Positions 1 to 13,779 of a DNA stretch of 64,000 nt are shown in pieces. How positions within the stretch are numbered: position 1 is the stretch's first letter; each line of letters starts with the position of its first letter. The translations under genes and the position numbers were made by a program. This DNA comes from Mobula hypostoma (Eukaryota), in contig NC_086097.1 of NCBI RefSeq assembly GCF_963921235.1, positions 121,460,001 through 121,524,000 on the forward strand, written 5' to 3'. The notes below the pieces were generated by a model. It was given only the letters and a program-made list of their open reading frames with translations, did not search any database and was not told where the DNA came from.

Positions 1-830
1 GCTAGGATCCACCTCACCTCGGCTACAGCCAGACGGGGTGCCTATTCCTTGGGTAGCAAGGGCTTTACTTGATGTCACATCATTCATTGCGTCCAGTCAT
101 GTGTAGAAGGCATTCAGCCTATCAGGAAGGGAGGTGTTGTCGATGCGCAGGGTGGATTAGTAATCTGTTACGATTGTCACATGCACCACGTGTACGTGGT
201 GTCACAAAGTTTTCTCGCTTTGTCTTCCTGATGACACGGGAGAGTGTGACTCCTGCTGACCTTACAGTTGTTCTGACCCCCAATCTGAAAGCAGCGTCCC
301 AATCCCTAAGCAATGCACAAACCTCTGCAGTCGGCCATGGTTTCTGGTTTGCTCTGGCAGTGTAGTCTTTAATCATGGTAACGTTCTCAATGCAGCCAAT
401 CTCTGATCCTGCGTATCCATCAATGTTGACATGATGATCATAGGTAGCCACCTCCCTAAATATGCTCCAGTCTGTCCTTTTGAAATAGTCCTGCACCGCT
501 GAGGTGGCAACTTCTGGCTGGGTCCAGATCTCCCTGTAAACTGGTTTGACTCGTTTAACCAGTGGTCTGTAGGCGGGAACCGGCAAAATATGTGTTCTGA
601 GTAGCCAAGGTCAGGGGTCGAGGTACAGCCTTGTAGGTTCGACGAACACTGGTTGCGAAATTGACATGCTGGTAAAACTTTGTCAGGACTGCTTTAAGTT
701 GGCACAGGACTGTTTTAAGTTGGCACGATTGAAGTCACCAGAAGCAATGAAGAAACTAAAAGGGGGAATAGCTTCAAGGTTGCAGATGGTGCTCTAGAGC
801 TCCTGCAGGGGTTTCCCAGCACTAGCACCG
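1..830 (-). mobile_element. Degenerate Rex1/Babar-type LINE ORF2 fragment (region between endonuclease and RT); boundaries approximate
   Basis: ORF 122..586(-) has PAYRPLVKR..DYFKRTDWSIFRE..ANQKPW.TAEV..LLR..DAAFR.G motifs typical of this clade. Confidence 0.7.
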
Positions 831-845
831 GCGGAGGGTGGGATG

Positions 846-2687
846 CAGTACTATGCAAAAGTCTTGGACGCATACAGTGCCTATAAATAGTATTAAACCC
901 CCCTTGGAAGTTTTCATGTTTTATTGTTTTACAACATTGAATCATGGATTTAATTTGGCTGTTTTGACACTGATAAACAGGAAAAAGACTTTTATGTCAA
1001 AGTGAAAACATACCACTACAAAGTGATCTAAATTAATTACAAATATAACGCACAAAATAATTGATTGTATAAATATTCACCCCCTTTAATATGACACATT
1101 AAATCATCACTGGTGGAGACAATTGTTTCAGTGCAGATCTGTTTTAGGAGACCTGTGTGCAATTAAGGTGTTTCAACTGATTGTAGTAAAATACACCTGT
1201 ATCTGGAATGTACAACTGCTGGTGAGTCAGTAACCTGACGAAGTGAAGACAAAAGAACACTCCAAGCATATCTGTGAAAAGGTTGTTGAAAAGCACAATT
1301 TAGGAGATGGATACAAGAAAATTTTCAAGTCACTAAATATCCCCTAAGTACTGTTAAGTCAATCATCAAGAAGGGAAAGAATATCGCCCAGCTGTAAATC
1401 TGCCTAGAGCAGGCTGTCCTCAAAAGCTGAGTAACCGTGCAAGAAGGGAACTAGTGAGGGAGGCCACCAAGAGACCTATGACAACTCTGGGGGAGTTACA
1501 AGCTTCAGTGGCTTGGCTGGGAGAGACTGCACATATAACAACTACTTCACCAGCCGCAGCTTTATGGGAGAGAGACAAGGAGAAAGCCACTGCTGGAAAA
1601 AAAAACTCAGATGAAATCTTGGCTAGAGTTTGTGGGAGGCATGTGGGAGACTCAAGTCAGCTGGAGGAAGGTTCTATGGTCTGATGAAACCAAAATGGCC
1701 TTTTTAGCCATCAGACTAGATGCTGTCTTTGGCATAAGCCAAACACTGCACATCATCAAAACATACCATCCCTTCCATGAAACATGATGGTGGCTGCATC
1801 ATGCTTCATGCAGCAGGCCCTGGAAGGCTTGTGAAGGTAGATGGTAAAATGAATGCAGCAAAATACAGGGAAATCCTGGAGGAAAACCAGATGCAGTCTG
1901 CAAGAGAACCGCAACTAGGGAGAAGATTTGTTTTCCAGCAAGTCAATAGAGCCAAAGCTACACAGGAATGGCTTAAAAATAACAAAATTAATGTCCTGGA
2001 GTGGCCAAATCAGATTCCAGATCCCAATACAATTAAGAATTTGTGGTTACACTTAAAAAGGGCTGTTCACTCACGATCTCCATGCAATCTGACAGAGTTT
2101 GAGTAGTTTTTGTAAAGAATAGTGTGGGAAAAACTGTAGTGTCTAGATGTGCAAAGCTGAAAGAGACCTATCCACACAGACTCAAGGCTGTACTTGTTGC
2201 CAAAGGAGCATTGACTAAACACGGACTTGAAGGGGGTGAGTAATTGTGCAATCAATTATTTTGTGTTAATAATTTTAATAAATTTAGAACAATTTGTAGG
2301 AATTTGTTTTCACTTTGACATTGAAGAGTCTTTTCTGTTGATCATTGTCAAAAAAGCTATGTGAAATCCAACAAATTTTATGACATGCATGAGTCATGAT
2401 AAACCTGATTCTAATATGGCTCTCTGTTGTGGACAACAGTAGGAAGGGGGCAGGGAGAGAGGAATCATGGTTAGGAAAAGGGGAAGGGAGAGAGAATGGA
2501 GCAGGAAACTCCTGAGAGACATTCTGCAATGATCAATAAACCAATTGTTTGGAATCAAATTACCTTGCCTGGTGTCGCAGGGCTGGATGTGTCTACACCC
2601 TCGCCGCCCTCAGCCCTTGGCGCTCTTCCTCATACATATATATGTATGTTTGTGTGTATATATGCCTAAGACTTTTGCATAGTATTG
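846..2687. mobile_element. Small Tc1/mariner-type MITE split by later insertions
   Basis: cagtactatgcaaaagtctt at 846 and its reverse complement aagacttttgcatagtattg ending at 2687. Confidence 0.7.
875..2370 (+). mobile_element. Degenerate Tc1-family transposon with long IR/DR-type terminal repeats; outer part of right TIR missing
   Basis: TA|CAGTG start; about 210-bp left TIR (875-1088) mirrored at 2230-2370. Transposase pieces (WSDETK at about 1676; KHDGGCIM..FVFQQ..VLEWP.Q.PD.N.IKNLW in ORF 1777..2106) with stops and frameshifts. Confidence 0.9.
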
Positions 2688-2975
2688 AAAAAAGGCCTGC
2701 ACTTTACCATTTTAAAAACTATTGGTGGTGTGCAGTGGGCCATTACTACCAAGGCATTCACATACCAGTTATATCAGGTCTGGTTCTATCTTTAGCAATA
2801 TTTAGTGAGATAGCAATGTTCCTACACTGAATTGTGGCAGACACTAAACTTTCAGGAGATGGAAACTCTTTATATCAAATTGATACATCATTAACAATGT
2901 GTAATCCTTGTTTTGAAGAGTCATTTAATTAATATCAGAAAAAAAAATCCATTATATTCACTTTTATTCCTTTAG

Positions 2976-3141
2976 ACTTAATTTCCCAGAACTCCTCATT
3001 GACTTATTCCCAGGAAGCACACGGGATGCATGTTTCCCAAAATCCATCACCTAGGAGTACTAGTCCTAGACCATCAGTGATTGGACGAACAGTACAGCGT
3101 CCCAGAGGAGATGGACAAGATGGTGATGCAGTATCTTCAAG
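2976..3141 (+). CDS. RTTN: Rotatin internal coding exon (1st in window; phase 1 in, phase 2 out)
   Basis: tttag|ACTTA acceptor, AAG|gtaagt donor. Translates [55 protein letters not shown], matching the recalled vertebrate rotatin segment [24 protein letters not shown]. Confidence 0.95.
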
Positions 3142-5089
3142 GTAAGTGAAATATTAGTCGTAAGGTTCATTTTATTATCAATGTATGCATTTACAATACA
3201 ACTTTGATATTTGTCTTCTCCAGATAGCCATGAAATACAGAAAGACCATGGGAGTTGATGAAAGAAAAAGTATCAACTGCCCCTCCCAGCACGAAATAGA
3301 AAAGGAACAAAACTCTTTAACCCCAAAATCCCCCACACACTCCCCCGCAAAAAATATCAGCAACTATAGTATCAAATCCCCACCTCTGCCCTACAGGAAA
3401 AAATACTAACAATAGCAATCCCTAACCCCCTCACTGTCATCCTTACAGAATACAATTAGTCTTTGCTTTCCAATGAGAATAACCAACAGTAACGTCTTTC
3501 CACTCCTACTGTGTGTCTCTTATGGGCAAGCCAGTTCTGAATCCAAACTTGTAATTCACCTGAATCTCATGTACCTTTATCTTTTGAAATAATCTAAGAG
3601 GGGCCTTATCAAATGCCTTACTAGAGCACATGTAGATAATGCCTAGTGCCTTACCCTCATCAAGCTGATTTGTTAACTCTACAACAAACTTGATCAGCTT
3701 TGCAAGGTATGGCCTGCCCTACACAAAGCCATGCCGACTGTCCCATGTAACAGCATTGTAGTTATTCAGAATATGATGCACTTTAAATTGCAAATCCATT
3801 TGTAACTATTTTCAAAATATTTTGTGATTTTTAAAGTTTTTGATTGAAAATTAAAGAAAGAACTAGTGGAGGTTTCTTTAAATGGACTTAAATAAAAAAA
3901 GGCAGAAAATACTGTAAATGCATAATGCATGAAGACAAAATCTAAATGGCCATTTCAAATATTGATTCTTCCATCATTTCTTATGAAAAGTCCATTCCTG
4001 GAAAACACTTCATTCTCCTAATGGATGTTGAGTGATTATCTATTTATCTGATATGTTCTGTTTTTATTTCTCATTTCAACTACTCAGTTTTCTTTCTTTT
4101 CCCTTTTCTTTGCGGAGGAAAGCTGTCTGAGATTGATGATTTTCTATGGCTAAGTTTAGGATGTTTGCTTTTGGTAATGAGCCATGTTCTCCACTGAGGT
4201 AAATCCTATCCTTTTTTCGATTTGAACATTAAAGATTGGCATTTTATTGTATTTAGCTATGGGGCAATTCATTCTCAGTATAATTTCCTGCATTGACAGA
4301 AAAGAGGCGATGGAAAGCGTGGCAGTATTCTTTGAAGTGCAAAAGAAATTTATTACAGAACATTTCAGTCCTAAGTCAGCCTTCACTGATTCATGAGCTT
4401 GTAGAATGAGAAACATAATGAGGTTATTCAGCTCATACAACCTGCTCTACCGTCCATGCTCAGGTTCCATCTTCACTAAATTGACAGGTAGGATTTGAGT
4501 CATGAAACTAGACTGGCACATCAGTACAGTACTGTAAATTAATTGACAAGTGATATAATTCAGCTCTAACTTTAATAAAAGGTAAAGAAGAATGGGATAC
4601 CAAATTAGATATTAAGGTAGAAAGTATACAGTATAGCTCCTACCTAGAATATTGGGTGCCGTATTGGACACCTGATCCTTAAGGGGGATTATTGTCTTTG
4701 AAAGGAAACAAATTGCATAGTGGATCCAATTTAGAATATCAGGAATCTAAAGATGGACATGATCTAACCGAAGTTTTCAAACTTCTATTGGAACTTGGGC
4801 AAATTTTCCACTGTAATTTTAATCACCTGAGTGTAACAATTTAAAGATCTATTGGGTTCAGAATACATAGGGAAATCAGATGGATTTATTTTCCTACTTT
4901 GAGAGATGTTAGAAATTACTTGTAGCCTTGGAGTGAGGAAGCCAGGGAGACAGACAAGTTATAAAAACCAAATCAAATTATCTCGTTGCACCTTCCCTTG
5001 CCCCAGCATTCTGTTGGCTACCAGTCAACTTTTACCAAACATTTGCTCGATTTGTAATGGCAAGCCACCTTGTGCCTGGTGTGTGAGTT

Positions 5090-5460
5090 TCTGATATCAT
5101 GAGAGTGATGCCATCTGGAGTTGAGCCATCTGTTGCTTAGCTCCTGTTGGTTCACTCACAGTGGTAAAGTCAAAGGGAAGGTTTCGAGCAAGAGCGATCC
5201 AAGCAAGACCTCAAAGTTGGAGCTGGCTGAAGGTGATGCAACCTCAGAATGACTGAAGGCGGAGGAAGGCTGCAGTAGTGAAGGGTCCCTCGTCATCTTG
5301 AATTCTATACCACTGGACTCTGACCCCAATCTGTTGAGGACCGTGTGGTGATTACTCGTGCATCAGCCTCTCCATGTTAAACAAAGTCAGGCACAGGCAT
5401 TCTCCATTAAGGGAATCCACCCTAACATCCTGGATTAAGTCCCATTGTGATCAGCAAGTG
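5090..5460 (+). mobile_element. RTE-related short non-autonomous element (diverged relative of 43276-43671)
   Basis: Shares atccaa.caagacctcaa.g.tgga and tgaaggcgga.gaaggctgca blocks with the 43.3 kb element. Related pieces at about 12650-13160(+) and 62555-62680(-). Confidence 0.5.
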
Positions 5461-5684
5461 GCAATGTGTGCAGGACTGAGGTCTGGAAGCCCCTCAGAAT
5501 ATGTGAATATTCTACAGCCATGTGAAGACAACCCCTTAGGGGAACATTGTACTTTACTTGAGTGATTGAATTACTATAGGTGTGTGAAATGAAGATGAGT
5601 TGCATTGGTCCATGTGTAGATTCCTTAAGAATCTGCAGTTGAGGCTGATTATTGAAAGTTTGCACAGAAAGTGAAGGAAAGAAA

Positions 5685-6270
5685 CTTGTGGAGCACTTTC
5701 ACAATCTCAGGAACCTCAGGTTTATAGCTTTTGAAGTAGTTTTGTGCTTTAGTGAATAGTTGATTTGTACACAGCAAGGTCCCAATGTGATCATAATTTC
5801 TATTTTTATTGTTTGATATCTAAACAGTGTTAAGATCACAAGGGAAACCCAGTTGCTGTGGTAGCTCCTAGCTTTCATTTTCTCACTTCATTCCCCCCAC
5901 CCACCTGGTTTCATTTATCACCTTCTAGTTTGTACTCTTTCCCCTCCCCATCCCACCATCTTATACTGTTTTTTTCCTCTTCCTTGCCAGTCCTGATGAA
6001 GAGTTTTGGCCTGAAAACTTGACTGCCTGACCTGCTGAGTTCCTCTAGCATTTTGTGTGTGAAACTCAGTTGCTGCTCTTTGAATTGATACTGTGGGATT
6101 TTTCATGTCCAGCTGGGAGGACAGATGGGTCTTGATTTAATATTTCAGTGAAAATATGGTACCTTTGACAGTGCAGCATTTGGCTCTGTACAGCTATACA
6201 GAAGTGTTATCCCTGATCTTGTGCTCAAGCTTTTGGAGTGGAAATTAAAACTATCATCTTATGAATCAAG
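5685..6270 (-). mobile_element. Ancient DeuSINE/SacSINE1-like SINE interrupted by a Penelope tail (about 5860-6060, +)
   Basis: Reverse complement resembles the recalled Deu-domain consensus (tgctgcactgtcaaaggt...taaa.caagacccatctg...aaaatccca). Second decayed copy at about 35555-35900(-). Confidence 0.55.
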
Positions 6271-7199
6271 ATTATTATTAGATGAACAGACACAACACTT
6301 GGCTTGTTGGTGTTTAACCAGACAATGTTTAATAAAGTATTTCTTTATTGCACACATCATTTTAAGTTTACAATAGAATAAGTGAAGTGCACCTTTCTTT
6401 TTCTTTTAAACCCCATAATAAGTAGCTGCCTCTAATCTGTATCTATTGTAACAACCTTTTGCAAGGAACAAGGAACAGTTGCAAAATGACAATTTGACTT
6501 CTCATACATTGTCAGTTACAAAATTAATCTGTATCTTCAGGCACTTGAAATTACATTTGACATGTTCTTAATAGTCTATCTGATGTTAACATTTTCTGAC
6601 CACTTACAGTGGATAAATCCTGGAGCATTTCAGAATCACAATGGCCTTTAAAATCACTGACATATGTCATAAAATTTGTGGCTTTGTAGCAGCAGTACAG
6701 TGCAATACATAACAAAGTATAAATTGTATATTAAGAAAATTTAAATTAAAAGTGCAAAAAGAGAACAAAAATAGTGAGAAATCTGAGGGCAGAGGGCAAG
6801 AAGCTGTTCGTAAAACATTGAGTGTTCACATGTATAAATATGTTCTTACCACAAGGATCAAAGCTAAGCCCTTGAAGATTTACATTTCGTATTGGTAATT
6901 TGATTTGTTGACAAAGTGTACGATAACAAAGTTTACTAACAATATAGATCTACATGAGAAAGTTGAGCTGCGGGAGAGATGTCAAGAATGGAAGCAATAG
7001 TAATATTAAATTAATTTTAAAAATGGTGAACAGAAGCATCTAGAATTACAATGGAAGAAAATGCAGAAAACTTTCATATAGTCATAGCAAGCAGTTTGAA
7101 GGTATGTCTGCCTTTATTGCAATGAGCTTAGAATATATGAGTAGGAGTATATGCTGCCAAAATGCAGGGCTGTAGTGAGACCAAACTTGGAGCAGAGAA

Positions 7200-7800
7200 T
7201 AGGATACAATAGAACTTTGTTGTCATTGTTTAGGCCAACGAGATTGTGATGCTGCTGCAGTCCATGCAACACAGATATTTACGATGCATATGGTACGGCT
7301 TAATTTAAAAAAAATCCTATACTTGAATGCAACGAGTGACTTCGATAGTCTGTGAAGCTCAAAGGCTACTGGTAAGCTGGGATGTAACATTATTCCGGAA
7401 GAAACTGTTTTCAGTCTTGGCTAGGTGGTTTCTGTAACTCCTACCAGATAGCAATGTCCAGAATGAGATGGGTCTTTAATGATGTGAAGAGCCCGCCATA
7501 GGCATCAAGAGTTATAGATTGTCTCAAGGTCCAGTAGTTGAGACCCATTGATATGCTGAGCCATCCTAATCACCTGCTGGAGTGCTTTGTGATTTGTCTT
7601 GTGGCAGGTGTAGCAGCACACTGTCATGCCGTATGTGAGTATGCTGTCTGTCGCACATCGGTAAAAGTTGGCCAACAGTTTTTGGAGAAGATTAGCTCTC
7701 CTTAAGCACTGCTGGTATTGTAGTCACCTTTGTGCCTTCCCTACTATTGAGGTTGTGTTGACGGACCAGGAGAGTTCCTCAGTGATGTGCATTCCTGAAT
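7200..7800 (-). mobile_element. Rex/Babar LINE 3' fragment
   Basis: Minus strand translates G.HITEELSWSVNT...LLANFYRC..DSILTYG, the C-terminal RT-associated region. Confidence 0.65.
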
Positions 7801-7849
7801 GTCCTAATTCTGCTCCCATGTCTTATTGTCTTAAATTGTGAATCTAATT

Positions 7850-8394
7850 TTTATAGATGCACCGTAGAAAGCATTCTTCTAGGGTACATCACAACCTGGT
7901 ATGGAAGTTGTCCTGTCCAAGACCGGAAGAGGCTGCAGAAGATCGTGAACACGGCGCAGCACATCACACAAACCAATCTTCCATCCTTGGACTCACTTTA
8001 CACCACACACTGTCGGAGCAGTGCTGCCAGGATAATCAAGGACACAACCCACCCAGCCAACACGCTTTTCATCCCTCTTCCCTCCAGAAAGCTCAGGAGC
8101 TTGAAGACTCGTACGGCTAGATTTGGGAACAGCTTCTTTCCAACTGTGACAAGACTGCTGAACGGATCCTGAACCAGATCTGCGCCGTACCCTCCAAATA
8201 TCCGGACCTGCCTCTCAGTTTTTTTGCACTACCTTACTTTCAATTTTTCTATTTTCTATTTATGATTTATAATTTAAATTTCTAATATTTACTAGCGATT
8301 TGTAATCCAGGGAGCGGGAAGCGCAGAATCAAATATCGCTCTGATGATTGTACGTTCTAGTATCAATTGTTTGGCGACAATAAAGTATAAAGTA
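7850..8394 (+). mobile_element. Rex/Babar LINE 3' end with UTR
   Basis: FYRCTVESIL..TWYG..AQHIT..LPSL..IIKD.THP..RFGNSFFP (ORF 7945..8172); ends gacaataaagtataaagtat. Confidence 0.75.
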
Positions 8395-9148
8395 TCATGT
8401 TTTCATTGTTATGCGTGCTTAGGTTCAGAGTTAAATGCGTTAAAAGTTAAGTGCATTAAAATGCATTCAAAGTTAAAATAATCTTTCTTTTGTCCTTGAT
8501 GACCTGACAAATACAGTGGCAAGTGTTCACAAGATTATACACCTCCACAAATCAGCAGGGGAAGGTGGATTGTGGTTGGTGCCCTCTGCAGTTGCCCTGA
8601 CAGAATTATGCACTCTGTGGAAACTTGAAGCAAAATAATTTAGTAGCCAGGGATTGTTTTAATGTGAATTTTCCAAATTGTAAGCCATTCATTTCTTTGG
8701 TAATAAAACTAATATTTAAAAAATGTACAGCTTTGGAAAGTGCAGAAACTGATTTAGGGATGTTTAAAATTGTTAGTAGATGTCCAAGCAGTCAAATTGC
8801 CTCAGTTCAATAATCACAGACCAGTTACACCATTTCTCTGTTGATAATTTTGGAGCAGTATTGGCACAAAGAATCAGTGCAATAGTGTCTCTGATAGTTT
8901 TAGCAATTGTAACCATTACCAATTCACTTCATGCATATGAAAGATAGCATTTTTCAAGATAAAATTTCTGTCTCATTCAAAGCATTTTGTATGATAGTAA
9001 GAAATAGAATTCTGTTAGAGACATTGCAGAAGTGTGCCACACCGTCAATGATTTAGCGGTCTGATCTTCAGTGCTTTCTGTTGAAATTTTGTTGAATATG
9101 TGTTGATATGTGTTTTCATGTCATTTCTCTTTTTAAATTCAATCTCAG

Positions 9149-9336
9149 TGGAAGTAGTTCTCAAGGATTTCCCAACAGCAGAAGTTCAGTGTCTAAGCAT
9201 TCGGTGGCTGACTTGACCCAGTTGGATCTGCCTGAGATGGAAAGTGAGAATTCCTTGGAACTTCAGTTCCAGCAGCTTAGTCTTCCACAGTTCTGTGTAA
9301 CTCTCCTGGAACATGCAGTACCTTTGCTCAAAACAG
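9149..9336 (+). CDS. RTTN: Rotatin coding exon (2nd in window)
   Basis: ctcag|TGGA acceptor, CAG|gtaagc donor. [62 protein letters not shown]; phases fit both neighbours. Confidence 0.96.
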
Positions 9337-9799
9337 GTAAGCAGTCTGGTGGAAACTTCGGGTTTTAATCAGATTGTATATCTCTGTTGCTTTTCTTTCC
9401 AACTTGGTCTATGAACCAGGGTATGCTTAATGATGAAAGATAGACTTAAGAGCACTGATGATAGAAACTGTTTCAGTACCTTTTATAAAAAAGAACATGC
9501 AGGACTTGATAGCTTTGTGTAGTAAAACAGCATTGCTCAGTTCCTGGAATTAAACTTGGCTGAAATTGAGTGCTCCTGTCCCTATATTTATAATGGATTC
9601 TCTCAACAAAACATGAAAATATGTGCAGTTGTGGAATGGAGCTTATACTGATGTTGGTTGTGTGGTATTTTGTTATGTGGAAACTGGAATTCATTTCTGC
9701 ATTTCGTTTATGCTAGTGAATTTGAAAGTGCATTTTGAAACTTACTGAAATGTTTATTTATTGCATTGAAGTTAAATACATTTGTGACTTTGACCCATA

Positions 9800-10260
9800 A
9801 ATACACGAGGTACATATGATGATAAGAGGCATAGACTGAGTGGACAGTCAGAGACTTTTTCCCAGGGCAGAAATATGAAAGTGCTAGAGAAGGGATTGAG
9901 AGGGATGATAAATCAGTCATGGTGGAATGGTTAAGCCGAAAGAGCAGAATTAGGTCCTGTGTCTTTTGGTCTTATGGAAATGGCTAATATGAGGGTGCAT
10001 AATTTTAAGGTGATTTGAGGAAAGTATAATGGTGATGTCAAAGGTAATGTTTTTACACAGAAAGTGGTGGGTGCCTGGAACCTGCTACTAGGAGTGGTAG
10101 TAGAGTCAGATACATTAGGGCCATTTAAGAGACAAATGGCCAATGGGTGAAAGAAAAATGGAGGACAATGTAGGAGGGAAGGGTGAGAATGGTCTTACAG
10201 TATGTTAAAAGGCCAGCACCACATTGTAGGCTGAAGGGCCTGTACTGTTCTATGTTCTAA
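9800..10260 (+). mobile_element. CR1 LINE 3' end fragment(s)
   Basis: ttttacacagaaagtggtgggtgcctggaa and ggctgaagggcctgtactgttctatgttcta, the CR1 3' hairpin and tail. Confidence 0.75.
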
Positions 10261-10619
10261 AGGGAATGTATTGCCACAGTAATATTCTTATTAATTGATA
10301 ACTGTTGGGCTGGTATTATTCAAAAGGAAAATGAAGCTAATAATGATTCAAGAAATATTGAAATTTTTCCTGTTATGCATCCTTATTATCTGATGATTGA
10401 TATACAGCATTGTGCACAGGCATTTGGATAATTGGTTTATTATTGTCAAGTACCAAAATGCAGTGAAAAGCTTTGTTTGCATGCCGCCTAGACAGATCAT
10501 TTAATCTGTATGTACATCATAGTAGCATAAAAGGAAAATAAAACTGAATGCAGAATATAGCATGACAGTTACACAAAGTCCAGTGAAGGTTTTCGAAGTG
10601 TAAGGCCCATGACGAGGGT

Positions 10620-11810
10620 CCACTAATTTTTGCTATATTATATGCTCTCTCATTTGCTTTCATGCTGTTTTTGACTTCCCTTGCCAGCTAAGGTTGCCTC
10701 ATCCTCCCTTTAGAATACTCCTTCATCTTTGCGATGTATCTATCCTGTGTCTTCCGAATTGTCCTCAGTAGCTCCAGCCATTGCTGTTCTACTGTCATCT
10801 CTGCTACTGTCCCCTCCAATCCACTTCTGCCAGCTTCTATCTCATGCATCTATAATTCCCTTTACTGCACGATAATAATGATATATCTGACTTTATCTTC
10901 TCCCTCTCAATTTGCAGGGTGAATTCGATCATGTTATGATCACTGTCTCTTAAGGGTTTCTTTACCTTATCCTCCCTAATCAAATCTGGTTCACTACACA
11001 ACACCCAATCCAGAATTGCCTTTTTCCTTGTGGACTCAACTACAAGCTGCTCTAAAAAGCCATCTCATACACATTCTACAAATACCTTCTCTTGGAATCC
11101 AACACCAACCTGATTTTCCAAATCTATCTGCACATTGAAATCCCCCATGACTGTTGTAACATTGCCCTTTTCACATGCCTTTTCTATCTCCCTTTATAAT
11201 TTGCACCCTGCCTCATTGTTGTAGTTTGGAGGCCTGTACCTAACTCACATCAGGGTCTTTTTACCCTTGCTGATTCTTTACACCACCTACAAGATTCTGC
11301 ATCTTTTGATCCTATGTCACCTCTTTTTAAGGATTTGATTTCATATTTTTTCTACCAACAGGGCCATCCCACCCTCTCACTCTACCAGTCTGTCCTTTCA
11401 ATACAATATGTATCCTTGGATGTTAAGCTCCCAACTATGTTTTTCTTTTGGCCATGCGATGCCCACAGTGTCATACCTGCCAATCTCTAAATGTGCTACA
11501 AGATTTTCTACCTTATTCCATATACTGAGTGATTTCAAATATAACACCTTCAGTCCTGTACTCATCATCCTTATGGATTTTGTCCCCATTTTGCATTTCA
11601 AATCATCCCACTGACTGCAATGTTTCCCTGTCATTTACCTGTCCATCCTCACACAGTGCATCTACTTGTATAGCAGCTGACCTATACTCAGCCTTATTAC
11701 TCTGGTTTCCTACCAAATTAGTTTAAACCCTCCCCAACAGCTCTAGCAAACCTGAAGGATATTGGTCCCCCTCAAGTTCAGGTCTTGCCTGTCCTTTTTG
11801 TACAGGTCAT
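10620..11810 (-). mobile_element. CR1 LINE fragment (ORF1/ORF2 junction and endonuclease), degenerate
   Basis: ORF 11398..11634(-) LKVLYL..SI.NKV..L.A.LEIG.YD.VGI..W...SWELNIQGY. Confidence 0.8.
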
Positions 11811-11879
11811 ATCAGAGGTTTTTAAGAGCAGATTAAGTAGATTTAATTCTAAAATTACTGTAATAAAATATATATTTAA

Positions 11880-12245
11880 GACCATAAGATATAGGAGCAG
11901 ATCTAGCCATTTGGTTTGAGTCTTTGCTCCACCATTCATTCTATCATGGCTGACTTATTATCTATCTCAACCCCTTTCTTCTGCCTTCTCCCTATAACCT
12001 TTGACACTCTTAATCAAGAACCTATTGACCTGCGCTTTAAATATACCCAATAACTTGCCTCCACAGCCGTCTTTGGAAATGAATTCCACAGATCCACCAC
12101 CCTCTGGCTGAAGAAATTCTTCCTTGTCTCTGTTCGAAAGGGAAGTCCTTGTATTCCGAAACTGTGCCCCCTGGTTCTAGACTCCCACGCTAATGGAAAC
12201 AGTCTCTCCACATCCACTCTATCTAGGTCTTACATGTTCAATAGG
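11880..12245 (-). mobile_element. CR1 LINE 3' end
   Basis: ORF 12014..12217(-) DVERLFPL..ESRTRGH..FRTE.RKNFFSQRVV.LWNS.P. Confidence 0.85.
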
Positions 12246-12357
12246 TTTGTATCAGGTTTAATATTACTGGCATATGTCATGAAATTTGTTGTTTTGCAGC
12301 AGCGGTACATTGCAATACATAATAGTTAAAAAAAAAACTATAGACTAACAATGAGAA

Positions 12358-12360
<3 letters not shown>

Positions 12361-12401
<41 letters not shown>
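12361..12401. repeat. (CA)20 microsatellite
   Basis: Perfect CA run read directly. Confidence 0.98.
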
Positions 12402-12403
<2 letters not shown>

Positions 12404-12406
12404 AGG

Positions 12407-13730
12407 CAGTGGATTGTGGTACTGGGAACACATCAAGATCAGAGCGTTTTGACCCAATTAAGTTGAAGTTTCATGGAAATAGTTAAAAAGTTGTTTTAAA
12501 AAAAATACAAACTACTATTTAACTGAGTAACAAATTATGTATTTAAATGAAATACAGAACAAATTGGAACATTACCAATGCTACTACAGTACTATAAAGC
12601 TGTATTAGTTCCTCAAGGGAGGAATTCATCCACTGCACGCTTCTGTGTATAGGGTGTCCAGGGAGGAGTAGCACCTCTGGTGGAGGGGCTTGTAGTGTTC
12701 ATTTTATGGCCGCTCATTCTCCCTTGCACCCAACCAGACACTCAGCTCCCACCTGTGGCTCCAAGTAGCTGTTTGCATGTGACAGCGGCCATTCTCCAGT
12801 ACAACGCTTTGACAAGTGGTATAAACCAGATGAGGGTAGTCGATGAGCTTCATACCCTGGTGAGATTGGGACATGCCTGTCCTTGCAGGTGAAGTGAGCT
12901 CCAATGTACTGGGCTGATGAGAGAAACAGTGAGATTCCACGGCCAAGAATGTGGTTCTGCAATGTTTTGTGGGGAGCAAAGTTTATGATGAGGCACAGAA
13001 GAAGTTATGATTACCCACTGCAAGAAAGGAAGACCCTAGTTTGTGATGCCTGCTCGTACCACTAGACCCGGACTACTGAGGTGAAGAGAGTTGAACTGTC
13101 CCAGTGCAATGACTCTTCCACATTAAAAACAGGTATCAGTGTCATCGTTGGATATGACAAACATCCTACACTCTGCCGTGTTCTTTTGACTGAGCAAAAT
13201 TAGCAAGACACCTAGTACAGAAAATGGACTGCTTTCATACAATGCTTCTGGTTGCATCCTCCAAATCTTCATTTTCATTGTAATACTCAGTATGGTTCTT
13301 GATGCTTTCCAATTCTTCATAGTTCTTAACTTGAAGTAGTGAAATTGTTTCATTTCGCTCCTGGCCATTTCTGGCATCTCCAAGCCTGAGTGCTTGAAAC
13401 CATAGTGAACAAAGCAATTCTAAATTGTCTTACTGATTATTTCCCTCCAACTATCAACTAACTACTTTTTAAACACAAGCACATGCAACTGACGCCATTT
13501 AAAAACTGTTTGCTCTGAGCATGGTGAAATGTCTTAACAGCCATGCAGAGCACACGACTGACACTAGTAGAAACTGTTCGACGGCAGTCTTCTGTCCCAA
13601 TTAAGCAGTATAGAGTTCCAAATAAACAAAAGAATTCCTGGTTATTTTCTCGATTAGTTACTGTTCTTTATTTATCCCAAATAAGTGGCTGCCCCAATTA
13701 ACTAATGGGCTAATTAACTGGAATCCACTG
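12407..13730. mobile_element. Tigger/pogo-like DNA transposon remnant interrupted by an RTE-related insert
   Basis: cagtggatt at 12407 and aattaactggaatccactg ending at 13730 form inverted termini; internal ccaattaa sub-repeats. Confidence 0.5.
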
Positions 13731-13779
13731 AATATTTAATTAAATCAAGTAAGTAGTGCAAAAAGGGGGGGAAAAAGGT

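Noticed and set aside
684..725. 21-bp tandem duplication caggactg[c/t]tttaagttggca
   Set aside because: Simple slippage within a dead LINE; only two units and no spacers, so not an array.
7200..8394. Possible twin-priming inversion of a single Rex/Babar element
   Set aside because: The two oppositely oriented pieces cover the same protein region and are divergent, so they are independent insertions.
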